Position numbers and translations under genes: made by a program. This document shows, piece after piece, positions 51,640 through 64,000 of a DNA stretch of 64,000 nt (position 1 is its first letter; each line of letters opens with the position of its first letter). The stretch is from Octopus sinensis (taxonomy: Eukaryota), in NCBI RefSeq assembly GCF_006345805.1, contig NC_043002.1, positions 26,350,001-26,414,000 on the forward strand, read 5' to 3'. The notes under the pieces were generated by a model. That model did not search any database. It saw only the letters and a list, made by a program, of their open reading frames with translations, and was not told the origin of the DNA.

Positions 51640-52190
51640 GTCATCAAGGATCGTTTCGGACCGCATCCTAAGCATTAGTCCTCTTTAGGGCCAGAAATGG
51701 TTTTTGCCCCGAAATGAAGATCATAATGGAGTACTGCTTCCTACATATGATATGCTGCAGCTGCTGTTGTGTATACTGATATGTTGAATTGCGCCTGAAG
51801 AAGGGCTCGAATTTGTGTCCCTCCACCACTAGGTTCACGAGGTGGGTTCGTGTGGTTGTCATTAAGCTCTGCGGTAATTTTGCGAGCTGTACTTTTGTGA
51901 TCCTTCCTAACAATTCGCGTAAGAGTCCGGCGGTCCCTATCTGAAAGGTTTGGTTTTCTTCCAGGGTTTTGTTTCGACGAGGAGGTTTCTCCCTCTTTCT
52001 CAAAGGCTGCCATTACTTTCGAGACAGTACTTCTTGATACACCAAATATTTCGGCTGTTTTCGTTACGCTAGCGCCTGCAATAGCAGCACCAACAGTTCA
52101 ACCTCTTTGAAAATCCGATATATCTGTCATTGTAATGAATTTTACTTACCTTTTTCTGATGATATCTGAAAAGAAATAGTAATTTTAGCA
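51640..52190 (-). mobile_element. Tc1 transposase N-terminal (paired/HTH) fragment
   Basis: From ATG at 52130: MTDISDFQRG*TVGAAIAGASVTKTAEIFGVSRSTVSKVMAAFEKEG…GRKPNLSDRDRRTLTRIVRKDHKSTARKITAELN. Confidence 0.9.
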
Positions 52191-52229
52191 AAACCTATTA
52201 AGCAGCACTAATAATAAAAAAAAACCATA

Positions 52230-52640
52230 GGCGCAGGAGTAGCTGTGTGGTAAGTAGCTTGTCTACCACCCACATGGTTCCGGGTTCAGTCCCACTGCGT
52301 GTCACCTTGGGCGAGTGTCTTCTGCTATAGCCTCGGGCCAACCAAAGCCTTGTGGAGTGGATTGGTAGACGGAAACTGAAAGAAGCCTGTCGTATATATG
52401 TATATATATGTATATGTATGTGTGTGTGTTTGTGTGTCTGTGTTTGTCCCTCTAGCATTGCTTGACAACTGATGCTGGTGTGTTTATGTCCCCGTTACTT
52501 AGCGGTTCGGCAAAAGAGACCGATAGAATAAGTACTGGGCTTACAAAAAGAATAAGTCCCGGGGTCTAGTTGCTCGATTAAAGGCGGTGTTCCAGCATGG
52601 CCGCAGTCAAATGTCTGAAACAAGTAAAAGAGTAAAGAGT
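52230..52640 (+). mobile_element. Composite SINE S1+microsatellite+S2
   Basis: Same architecture as 43868-44265. Confidence 0.9.
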
Positions 52641-52967
52641 ATAAAAATAAACAAGCTTTGTCAGTTTTATAGATATTTCAAAATTATGATGCTATGATGC
52701 TAGGTATTTTTATTATGTTGTCTAACTCCTGTATGCATATATGTAGCTCTAACTTGACCACTGTGTTAACTTGTCCTGTTTTCCATTAATCTCGTTGTTT
52801 ACGTATTTCACTCGTTTTTCCCTCGTTTTTTTTTATGGACGATTTCATGCTAATTGCACCGCTGGTAACGTCCTGTACCCATGCACGCATGTATATATAT
52901 TATTTATTATTAATTGGACATACATAAATATATACATACATATATGTATATATATAATATATATATA

Positions 52968-53021
<54 letters not shown>

Positions 53022-53039
53022 AATATATATATATAATAC

Positions 53040-53197
53040 AAAATGGGACAAGAACGCAAAACATCCACATAGACAATACAAAAAACACAGACAGGTCATT
53101 CGAAGTCCTTAATCTTCAGTCAAAACCGGATCATCCTCGCTATTTCCGGTGATTAATCTTGAGATTGCTCCAATCTGGCCAACCCCAAGGAAAAACT

Positions 53198-53200
<3 letters not shown>
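53040..53200 (-). mobile_element. Terminal repeat family 3 copy
   Basis: rc of 60268-60435. Confidence 0.7.
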
Positions 53201-53228
<28 letters not shown>

Positions 53229-53437
53229 TAGAAAAAAACCCACCTTTTATCAATTCAATAATGAAAAATTAAATTATACTATTTAGAAACATTACATCCT
53301 ATAGAAAGATTAAATATAAGATAAAACATATAACAATGATTAAGTGAGTGCAAAATAATAAATAATACGTATATATTTGGTAATATATAATATATATATA
53401 TATATTTAAAAAAGGAAATGTGGAACACGAGTCGTGA

Positions 53438-53890
53438 TATATAAAAAAGGAAATGAAGAAAATGCTGACAAAATAATTTAAGTAAGGGAGAGTGTATTTA
53501 TCTGGAGAAAAAATAAGAGAAAAAGAGATAAGAGAAAAAGATCAATCAGAAAGGAACTCTATCTCACTCAACATATCTTTTGATAAGCATAACAAATGCG
53601 CAACCGGTAAACTCTTACCTTTTTTTATTCTACACTGAAATCTGACATTGAACTTTTCCACCAAAAACTCTATATTACACGATTTTACTAAATATCTTAT
53701 TTTGACACAGAACACTGTAAAAGACTCTTACTTTTTTTCTTATACACTGAAATCATTCACAAAAAATGGACATTGTATTCTAACCCAAGTTTTCTCCTTT
53801 TTCTGTTTAAAAAAAGAACTTTCACCTAATTAAATACACTCTCCCTTACTTAAATTATTTTGTCAGCATTTTTTTATTTCCTTTTATATA
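53438..53890. repeat. ~60-bp inverted repeat pair enclosing ~330 bp (MITE-like)
   Basis: AAAATGCTGACAAAATAATTTAAGTAAGGGAGAGTGTATTTA (53459-53500) versus rc at 53832-53873. Confidence 0.75.
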
Positions 53891-54448
53891 TATATAATAT
53901 TATATATATATATATATATATATGATATATATATATATATATATATTAATATATATATATATTAGTGCTAGGCAAATGGCGTCTAATTGAGTGACAAATA
54001 CTGGTATTTTAAAATCTTTGCCAAAACACAAAGTCTTGATCTCTTAATATTATATCTGCCCCTAGAAGGCGTATCATTATAGTTACCAAAGCGTATTGGG
54101 ACCAGCTCTACTTCATAAGGATTATGTATGGATGTTTGTGTGTGTGTGTGTGTGTGTGGTGTGGTGTGTGTTTGTGTGTGTGTGTGGTGTGTGTGTGTTG
54201 TGTGTGTGTGGTGTGTGTGGAGTCTGTCTGTCCCCTCAAAATCTTCAGTAAAAGTACGAAATGATAAAATTTATTCATGCTTATATGATGGCGGACGGGA
54301 ACTGGGAAAAACGAAAAAAAAAAAGATGAGAAACAACGAAAGGAAGAAAAAATAGAGAAAAAGAATGGAAAGTAAAAAAAAAAACAGAGAAGAAAGAAAG
54401 AAAGCTGTAGAATTGTAAAAGGGAAAAGAACGATAACAATGGAAAATC

Positions 54449-54449
<1 letters not shown>

Positions 54450-54514
<65 letters not shown>

Positions 54515-54574
54515 TAATAATAATAATAATAATAATATAATAATAATATAATAATATAATAATAATAATAATAA

Positions 54575-54605
<31 letters not shown>

Positions 54606-54607
54606 AA
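54450..54607. repeat. Compound (TAA)n-(GAA)n trinucleotide microsatellite
   Basis: Direct inspection; source of the poly-I/L/Y ORFs in the track. Confidence 0.95.
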
Positions 54608-55097
54608 AGGAATGACGTGTTTTGTGGAGAAGAAATACGAATAGTAGGTGGTTTTTAAAGTGGTAAAATACTTCAATGGAAAAATTCAATACAGAAAAAA
54701 TCGCCGATGAAAGATGAATGAATTTGGAACCAATGCAGAGGGACTTACGGTTTGTGGGTGTGGATTTAGAAGAAGCAATAGATAAGTAATTAAATAGGAC
54801 AGCATGGCAATAAAAATGAATAGAAAGAAAAGAACAACGAAAAGAAATATTATGGTGGTTGGTTTAGAGAAATGGCCAGTAGTTCAAAGGTAAACTGGTG
54901 ACATTTGTTGCAATAGTGATAGATGAAATCTAATTAAAAAGAAATAAAAGCCCCGAAAACAAATGGAGAAAATAGTAGAGAACATAGGTGTGTGTGTATG
55001 TGTGTTTTTGTATGTGAGTGTGTGTGTGTGTATGCGTGTGTGTGTTTCTGTGCATATGTATGTTTGTGTGTGTGTGTGTGTGTTTGTGTGTATATGT

Positions 55098-55204
55098 GCG
55101 TGGCTGTGTGGTAAGAAATTAGCTTCCCTTCTACATGGTTCAGGGTTCAGTCACACTGCGTGAGAACTTTGGCGTGCGTCTTCTACTACAGCTTCGGGTC
55201 TACC
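55098..55204 (+). mobile_element. SINE S1, 3'-truncated
   Basis: GTGGCTGTGTGGTAAG…GGTTCAGTCAC. Confidence 0.75.
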
Positions 55205-55264
55205 TATGGAAAAGTACCAGACTCATTCATCCATCTTTCTATCATCTATCTATCTATCTATCTA

Positions 55265-55306
<42 letters not shown>

Positions 55307-55319
55307 GTCTGTCTATCTA

Positions 55320-55383
<64 letters not shown>

Positions 55384-56164
55384 GTATCTATCTATCTATC
55401 TATCTATCTATCTGTATTGTTTGAGAGAGTTATTTGTTAATACATAAAAACAATCATTGAAGAAAACAGTCAATATGTATGGAGAATCTAATATTTATTG
55501 CAAGTCGTTAAAAGCGACTTTGCAAATAGATTGACCGTAGACAGGAGCGGGGTGTTGGCTTACTCAAAACTTTTGGATCAGTATCGGCGTAATTTCGAAC
55601 ATATCTTTGTGTATGTGCGTATGCATATTTATGATTGTATCTGTGTGACTGTTTACATAACAACAGATTCCGTGTTCAGGGCTGCGTTTATAGCCACATA
55701 TGTCTAATATTGATGTGGTTTGTATCTTTAGATAGAGATAACTTGTAGGAGTTAGACAAAATATATATCAGACGAGGTCATACTTACAACCTGAAATCAC
55801 CCAAGCCACTAAAAGACTAAACGAAGATTAAAAAGAAATGATTTAGGCTTAATAAAACTAGGATTAGAATAATCTTATCTCGTTTCTTCAGACTATATGG
55901 AAGAGCTCCATGACATATCTAATGATGTAGATTTATGATTAAAGGATATTCCAAGTGAGGCCATCCTGTCAGTTTCATATTCTATTCTAATGTATTTGCA
56001 GTGTCATTTTTGGAGAGGCTTTTATATGTCAAGCCGTTATTTAAAGGACATGTGAAGAATGTAGGGTATTTTCTGACGGGTTTGCTAAACTGGTAGAGGG
56101 TAGCTTTAAGGAGATTGTTTGGATGGTAGGGTTTGGTTTGGCTCAGATTTATATATTGTAACTC

Positions 56165-56665
56165 CCTTCGGTCATGAATGACCATGGGATTGCACCTAGA
56201 AAGTTACCCCCCGAGGCACAACTCTGGGCGAATTTGTTTATGGAAGACTAGCAGTCATCCATGCATACAAGCCTCCCCTCTCCACACCACCGATGTTATC
56301 CGAGGGAAAGGCAAAGACCGATACAGCATGGTACCAGTGACGTCGCAGCTCCTTTATTAACGTGCAAGTGGCTGAGCACTCCACAGACACGTGTACCCTT
56401 AATGTAGTTCTCGGGGGGATTCAGCGTGACACAGAGTTTGACAAGGCTGGCGCTTTGAAATACATGTACAACAGAAACAGGAAGAAACTAGTGAATGAAA
56501 GTTGTAGTGAAAAGGTACAGCAGAGTTCACCACCACCGCCTGCCGGAGCTTCGTGGAGCTTTAGGTGTTTTCGCTCAATAAACACTCACAATGCCCGGTC
56601 TGGGAATCGAAATCGCGATCCTACGACCACGAGTCCGCTGCCCTAACCACTGGGCCATGGAGCCT
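56165..56665 (-). mobile_element. Cluster of S4-type SINE pieces (tail 56165-56350, tail 56358-56470, head 56540-56665)
   Basis: 56358-56470 is the rc of 37600-37705; the head has GATTTCGATTCCC/CCCAGTGGTTAGGG on the minus strand; 56170-56250 is homologous to the 63841 hairpin arm. Confidence 0.7.
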
Positions 56666-58328
56666 TCACTTTGGCTCAGATAATAAGAGAGTAAAGGTGA
56701 ATTGAGAGAGAAATAATGATGGTAGGGTTGTTTGAGGGAGAAGTTAAGATGGGAGGCTGTGGTTTGGGTGAAATGCAAAGAGGGTAGAGTACTTGTTTGT
56801 TTCATTAGGCAGCGGCAGTTCTGGGGTACTGCATTGAAGAATCTTAGTCAAATGAATCGACTCCAGGCCTTTTTCTTAAAGTCTGGTACTTTATCGGTAT
56901 ATTTAGATGAACCGCTCAGTTATGGGGACCTAAACACAGTCACGAAGACATGCACACGCGCACGCATACGACCTGAGGCTATAGTAGAACACACTTGCCT
57001 AAGGTGTCACACAATGGAGCTGAACCCAGAACCATGTGGCTGGGAAGTAAACGTCTTACTACTCAACCATGCCGATGTGACAAGAGATTGTTAAAGTATT
57101 TGTTTCTATTTGGTCGTGTGTTCCAGGACAATGCAAAAATATACTTCATAGCTCATCAAGAATTAATTGTAGCAAACAGTAATTAAGGACCACAATTGTT
57201 GTTATTTAGAACCAAGTCAATCTACTACAAACGGATATATCATTAAAGATATTCCAGTCATGATCCTCCCGTCGGTATTATATAAGAATACGTTTTCCAT
57301 CGTGCCCTTTGTGCTTCTATTAGGTTTGCATGAATATTTGAGAAAGATTTGGATGCTATGTCTTGCAGTTCTCCCCACTGCATGAAGGCTAACTTCGCTG
57401 GTACATAATAATTTGGTAGTATATATGACAAAGTATACATCGAACTGTCAAAAGAGAAAATCGAAACTGGATAATTTGTATGCTATCAATAAAATAATAT
57501 TGAACGAAGAACTTAGCTATTGATTTGTATGCTTTACATATAGTTCTTTGATATTTCTTCTGGCGATTACGAATTAGATATTTTTTTCAATTTATAGAAT
57601 AAAAACAACAAATAAGCATTTAATTCGTCTGTAGGTTCCTTATGTCGGCATTATCGAACCATATATATTGAATATATTGAATTATTTTTTAACTTCTATC
57701 TAAAGATTATATCCACACAGTTTTATCACTCACTATTTCTCCTATTTCCCTCTCTCCTGTTACAACTCCCTCTCTCACTCTCTGTCTCTCTGTCACTTCT
57801 TTCTCCGTCAGCCTCAGTGCCAGTCTGTCTACCTGTATTTCTTTGTACGTCTGTATTTTTATTGTTTGTTTTTAAATCTCATCAAGACTGTGTAGACTTC
57901 ACAGCCCAGTTAGTGTAACTGCACAAAACATATTTTCAAAAAAGAAATCGAAAAAAATCCCCCAAAAAACAACAAAAAAAAACAAAGAAAAGAATCAAAA
58001 TCCATACAAATACCATTAAACAATATTTCAAATAAATCTTTCAATTTTCCATGCCTGAAGAGCAAAGTTTCAAGAAAAAAAAATATCGTCCAAATCATGA
58101 CAACATGAACGGTATCAAATATGGCGCTAGCATAACTGTGGGGTCAAGATATTTTGCTCACGGTTACGTGTTATACGTTTGATTAATCTGCGCAACATGT
58201 TTTCAGAGTAATTTCTATCAAAACCTGCGATTGCCTCAAGCATTAACAATTAATTAAGCAAGCGAACTGTTTGCAAAATCCTTTGTATGGGATGTCCATA
58301 CGCTTGCGTGGTAAACTTAAAACATTAC

Positions 58329-58450
58329 CCATCTTAAACCTCGGGCTTGACATTGACTTAACTGAAATCCACACGCATTCAGACATTGATTTTGCAGAAT
58401 GTGCATTAATTGCTGCTCGCTTCTTTCTTCTCCCAGAAGTCTCCGACAAC
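58329..58450 (-). CDS. Candidate isolated internal exon of an unknown gene (122 nt)
   Basis: Acceptor GTAATCTTGCAG|G and donor TGG|GTAATG; GC-richer than flanks; open in two frames (CRRLLGEERSEQQLMHILQNQCLNACGFQLSQCQARGLRW or LSETSGRRKKRAAINAHSAK…). No partner exons identified. Confidence 0.3.
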
Positions 58451-58720
58451 CTGCAAGATTACATACATATAAATTACAAAATTACAATATACCTACAAAC
58501 GTGTATTTACGCATACACACGTACGAACGCATATAAATGTATAACTTTACATTAAATTGAAATAATGGCTCCTTAGAGATTGCTGTATGTTTTGCTCTAT
58601 AGAAGCTTATTAAACGAATAATCTCGCATAGCTCGAAAGATATGATCACTATATGTGCATAAATATGTATGCGTGTATATCGGTGCTTCTATAAACAAAT
58701 ACACACATACACACACGTGA

Positions 58721-58779
<59 letters not shown>

Positions 58780-59409
58780 TACATATATAGGAGCTCTTCT
58801 TGATAGCAACAGTAAATTGTTCGTATTAAGAGAAAAACAAATTAGATGTGGGAAGCAACAAAATTTATATTAAATTTATATTGCATCTCGCTATAATAAC
58901 TTTTATTTGTGTAAATTGATGTGATGTTATATGTGCACTAAAGAACAAAGGATAAATAATACTAGTCTACTCTTCTGTCGATATGCGTGTGTCTCCGTAT
59001 GGGTGCTTTTGCTCTTATGAGTGTGTGTGTATATGCTTAATTATGTAGATATGGACGCATGTGTACGTTTTCTTTTGCTGTTTAGATAAGCAGGAGACAA
59101 AGAGAATTCAATATGCAATGTTGCGTATACATTTAGGATTTTTAAGCCGCAAATTCTTCGGTAATTCCCCTGGAGACTCGGCGTTGCAGTTTAAAACTTT
59201 TCACGACAAATATAGTCTTTTTAGGAGGACTCTTTATAGTTTTGGCATATTCTGAATATTCAAAAAAAAAATAATGAAGAAAAAAAAACGAAATAGAATC
59301 CGTTAATGACAATATATGAATTGACAATATTAAATGATGAAAATATATAACTTGAAAACTCTCAGATATGGTCTTTGATGGTGAGTTTTATGCGAGGTCA
59401 TATAGCATG

Positions 59410-59469
<60 letters not shown>

Positions 59470-59470
59470 C

Positions 59471-59623
59471 GTGGTTGTGTAGTAAGAAGCTTGCACCCCA
59501 GCTACATAGTTTCAAGCTCAGTCCCATTGCGCGGCATTTTGGGCATGTGTCTTTTACTATAGCCTCTAAACGACTAAAGCCTTGTGAATGGCTTTGGTTG
59601 ACGGAAACTGAAAGAATCCTGTC

Positions 59624-59657
<34 letters not shown>

Positions 59658-59815
59658 ACCTTTGTGTCTGTGTTTGTCCTTCCCCTCCCACAAAAAGACT
59701 GATAGAATAAGTACCAAGCGTAAAGAATAAGTCCTAGGATCGATTTGTTCCACTACAAACACTACAACGCCGTGCTCCACCATGGCTGCCGTCAATGACT
59801 GAAACGAGTAAAATA
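59471..59815 (+). mobile_element. Composite SINE S1+microsatellite+S2 (S2 internally deleted, diverged)
   Basis: GTGGTTGTGTAGTAAGAAGC…GACGGAAACTGAAAGAATCC-(TA)(TG)n-…GATAGAATAAGTACC…CATGGCTGCC…ATGACTGAAAC. Confidence 0.8.
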
Positions 59816-59827
59816 TACCAGTATAAA

Positions 59828-59907
<80 letters not shown>

Positions 59908-60267
59908 ATTATATATATTATATATATTATATATATATATATACATAAACATACATACATACATACACGGACATATATATATAGTCACAATGAGGTATTA
60001 AAACCTCATATAGGGATATTTTATCCATGATACACTGGTTAAATATTATATATTCAAGAGCTATATCTTCACTGAATATATTATATAAAATATCGTAAAA
60101 TATTGAATATTATCATCGAGTTAAATAACAGAGATAGCTAATGGATATAATTCATTTTATTAATTAGTTAACATGTTAATTAATTATTAAATTTATTTGT
60201 ATCCATTAGATCTCTCTGTTCTCTATTTCAATAATACTGACATGTATATATATATATATATATTATA

Positions 60268-60435
60268 TTTTCCTTTTGGGGCTGGCCAGATCGGAGCAAT
60301 CTCAAGATTAATCAGCCGAAATTGCGAGGATGATCCGGTTCTTGACTGAAGATTGAAGGCTTCGAATAACAAAGTGTTTATTGTATCGTCTTCTAAATGT
60401 TTCACGTTCTTGTCCCAGTTTGTATTTTTTTACAT
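60268..60435 (+). mobile_element. Terminal repeat family 3 copy
   Basis: GGCCAGATCGGAGCAATCTCAAGATTAATC…GACTGAAGATTGAAGGCTTCGAAT. Confidence 0.7.
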
Positions 60436-60439
60436 TTAC

Positions 60440-60512
<73 letters not shown>

Positions 60513-60904
60513 ATATATATATTTACATATATGCAGAAAATTAATATAGACAGCAGTGTGCAATGTTTTACCAAAAAGGAAACGCATGATTGTTACTAAA
60601 TATGACTTGGGTATCAAAAACACCTACATTGACAGAAACAAAAGATAAAATACTTTAATGCTGTCCCCAAAATAAATACATATATACTGACAGGGACTAT
60701 AATCACCCGAAAACAGGTTTATGTATGTATGTATGTATGTATGTATGTATGTATGTATGTATGTATGTATGTATGTATGTATGTACGTATGTATGTATGT
60801 ATAACTCAAGCAGCACTCAATTTATTCGTGAAACTATTTCAAACATTATGTGTTTATGGAAGAACTTAAGTGTATATCATGCTGGAAATAGTATTTTGTG
60901 GTTG

Positions 60905-61004
60905 GGTCGATAAATTAAGTGCCAGTTACGCACTGGGGTCGATGTAATCGACTTAATCCGTTTGTCTGTCCTGTGTTTAGCCCCTTGTGGGTAGTAAAGA
61001 AATA
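60905..61004 (+). mobile_element. SINE S3, 5'-truncated
   Basis: GGTCGATAAATTAAGTGCCAG…CCCCTTGTGGGTAGTAAAGAAATA. Confidence 0.8.
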
Positions 61005-62428
61005 TATATATTCTTCGTTAACGCATTTTGAATTTTCTCTCACCAATATTGTGTTTCATCACCTGATTAAATGGTTGTTTCGCGGTTTGGACGGAAGGCA
61101 TTGTGTGTAAGCAACATTCTATCCGTTCTATCTCAACCGCAACACATTGAAATTATCTGTTATATTAAAGATTTTTGTCAGTTCTCATTCTTTCGTTGGC
61201 TAAGTTTTCGCGATGATCTGAAATGAATGAAATGTGACCTTGTGAAATGAAATGTGGCTTCATATGAAATGTGACCTATTTTAATTTTGCTTTTGTGTCG
61301 GTGAAGATTGAGGCACTTATAAATATTTCAATTAAAGGAAGCCTTAACCAAAACGCCAACAGATTCAGCAAGCTATTTATAATATAAACATGAAAACTAA
61401 TCCGTCCCCACAAGAAAAAGAGAGACAGAAAAGAAAGTTACTGCATGGTGGGAAATTGTAACTCATATAACCCTATCAAGGTACGGGTTGTCTTAAGGTG
61501 ATAGACGAACAACTTCCTCCAGCAGGAGAAATTCCTCCAGCTATTTTGTACATAGCAGATTTTATTCCCAGCGTAGCTTTTTCTTCTACGGCCACGAATA
61601 TAGAGAAATACATCCCCTTGTGACTGTCTATCATATTTATATTGAAAATAAGATAATCAGCATGTTTCACATTTTGTACAGTGCTTGTATTATTGTAGGA
61701 AATCCTGAGCTGTTTCGACGTGTGCATTGAAGTCTCAGTAGCAATCTTAATACAAATACACATGGTGTGCAGGTTATAAGTGTAAAACTTATAACCCACA
61801 CACCAAGGGTTTACTATCTATAAATCTTAAATCGTTATACTCATCTTCCGTCAGTCCATCAAAATTAGACTTTCCTAAGTTATCTTTACTTAATGAAATG
61901 TTTTGTTTTCTTTTTCTAGTTTAAGTCTTCCAATGTTAATACTCCCATTGTCTGTTCTACTAATTTAAAACTAAAGTAACACACTTACGTCGCATTCATC
62001 TGGTAGTTTCATCCATTATTACTTTCACTTTCATTACATTTAATGATGACCGTTAAATTAGGTCAACTTGTATACGCACAAAAACGCATTAATACAGTAA
62101 TATTGTTCTGCTTATATATTCCAGTACTATGATATGCATGTGTGTATCTCTGCGTATGAGTATATATATTTATGTGTGTAAGTGTGCATATTTGTATATA
62201 TATATATGTATGCATATAAGTACGTATACATACATACACACACACACATAAATTATGGCTTCGATTTTAGCGTGCTGTTACCGCTTGTAGCACCTTTAAT
62301 TAATTAATATATATATATATATATTATATATATATATATGTATGTATATATATATATATTATATATATATATATATACACGTGTGTGTGTGCGTGTATGT
62401 CTTTCTGTATGTATACATACATACATAC

Positions 62429-62502
<74 letters not shown>

Positions 62503-63840
62503 ATATATATATCATAGTCCAAATATAGTCCAAAACGAGAAAAATGTCTGAACGATCACATCAAATTGCTTGTGGAGTTAGCCTTCAAGTCCTATTTCTT
62601 TGAAGGAATGAACAATAAACATTGATTAATGAGAACGAGGGTAGAAATTAAAGAAAATATATCACAATTTACAGCAGATGTTAAGTATAGAAGACTTGAC
62701 TGTCAATAGGATGTGTGTATGTGTAAATATATATAAGCGTGTGTTTGTGTAGATATGTGTAAATATATATAAATGCATGAGTGTATTTGCGTGTTCATGA
62801 GTGTATATATTTCTATAAAATTGCAATACTCTACACTCAATAAACTGATAGCACAGAGCTAGATCGAAAGTACAACCTATGAGAGTGTAATGTGAATACG
62901 CATTCACTTATTCATGCACAGATACGCACATACATTTACGTGTATATGTATGTATGGAAGGATTATGTATGTATCTATCTCGCTCTCTTCGTATACTTAG
63001 AGGTGTGTGGAGTGGTGGTGCTTGTGCGTGTGAATGTTGCTTCGTACTTTTATACAACTATAATACCGACATTAGTCCATACTGTGCCTCTAAATATGTC
63101 AAGTCCAAGGAGCTAAAATATCGTGTTTGTGTGCTTACACAAACACACGCACACATATATACACATGCACAGGCACACGCACACACACTCGCATACACAT
63201 ACACTCACACACACACACTCACTCACACACATACACACAGTCACACACACTCGCTTACACGCATGCTTCGGGCGGTAATGAGGTAAGATGAAATCAGTGG
63301 CTATTGGCATATATTTGAACACCATTAGCACATTAATTGTCCTGCAACGTTATTAGAAGTCGAGACACCAACATGCGGAAAAGTTACAGAATATATTTAT
63401 GTCCTACCTATATGCACATACATACACGTACACACACATCAATACACACACACACACACGCACACGCACACACACACACACAATGTACAAATATACAACG
63501 TTTGATAATTGGTGCGCATTCAAAGCCAGTGAATAGCAATGGCGATACCAGTTTGACTTTGAATTTCTTTAACAATTTAAAATAATGAATTTAATTTCTC
63601 TAAATTCTACATTAGTTCATCTAATTGCATTTATTTAATTATCGTTACTTTTCATAAAATAGCCTATATTCTTTTGGTATTCAATGTGCATTTTCGCTTT
63701 TTTCCACGTGTAGTTTCTATTTTCTTTTTGAAATATATTTCTATATATAATATATATATATATTATATATATATATATATAATATATATAATATATATAT
63801 ATATACATACATATGCAGTTACATACAGAGTACAAACCTC

Positions 63841-63975
63841 TTTGGTCATGAAGCACCATGAGATTGCACCTAGGAAGTTTTTCACCGAGGAACAAGTCCT
63901 ATAAACAATCTTACTAGGACTTGTTCCTCGGTGGAAAACTTTCTAGGTGCAATCTCATGGTGCTTCATTACCAAA
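63841..63975. repeat. Near-perfect 61-bp-arm inverted repeat (hairpin) in a SINE tail
   Basis: Arms 63841-63901 and 63915-63975, 13-nt loop, 3 non-Watson-Crick positions. Confidence 0.95.
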
Positions 63976-64000
63976 GATTGTTTACGGAAGGCCAGCAATC

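Noticed and set aside
55982-56185. ORF with PYHPNNLLK, reminiscent of a Penelope linker
   Set aside because: A single short motif with no supporting endonuclease or RT motifs.
57200-57480. Minus-strand LRR-like peptides (LQDIASKSFSNI, IDLVLNNN) and plus-strand KLKTLPILNLGL at ~58310
   Set aside because: Too short; L/I/N-rich peptides arise by chance in AT-rich DNA.
60295-60372. Hammerhead in terminal-repeat family 3 (CTGAAGA…GAAT; upstream CCGAAA)
   Set aside because: GAAA is replaced by GAAT, and helix II and helix I are not consistent among the three copies.
61476-61799. 107-aa minus-strand ORF
   Set aside because: Ambiguous: one frame looks LRR-like, another has DFNAHV (APE endonuclease-like). 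Probably a decayed LINE; cannot be called.

Overview
AT-rich, microsatellite-saturated metazoan genomic DNA with one 100-N scaffold gap (42396-42495). The repeat make-up (tRNA-headed SINE families; compound TA/TACA/TATC/CA microsatellites) suggests an Octopus-like coleoid cephalopod, which is an inference. I can support no intact protein-coding gene. Almost all ORFs in the track are microsatellite read-throughs (YI/CV/HT/YLSI repeats) or decayed transposon ORFs. Supported content: Tc1 (DD34E), mariner (DD34D) and maT-like (DD37D-type) remnants, mariner-type MITEs, a non-autonomous Helitron, Tx1/L1-clade LINE ORF1 and ORF2 fragments, Penelope-like (GIY-YIG) remnants, at least four SINE families, three local tandem duplications/triplications and several fold-back structures. 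Most interesting signals: (i) several distinct minimal type-I hammerhead ribozyme motifs on Penelope-like terminal repeats or a retrozyme-like unit, including a family whose three copies all carry an A6U core change; (ii) a Tx1-type LINE flanked on both sides by (ATCT)n, suggesting microsatellite targeting; (iii) a 61-bp-arm hairpin explained by a template switch inside a SINE; (iv) a mosaic of short segments copied from up to 4 kb upstream; (v) microsatellite-free islands with stop-poor minus-strand frames that look LRR-like (tentative). All calls were made by eye, without database searches.
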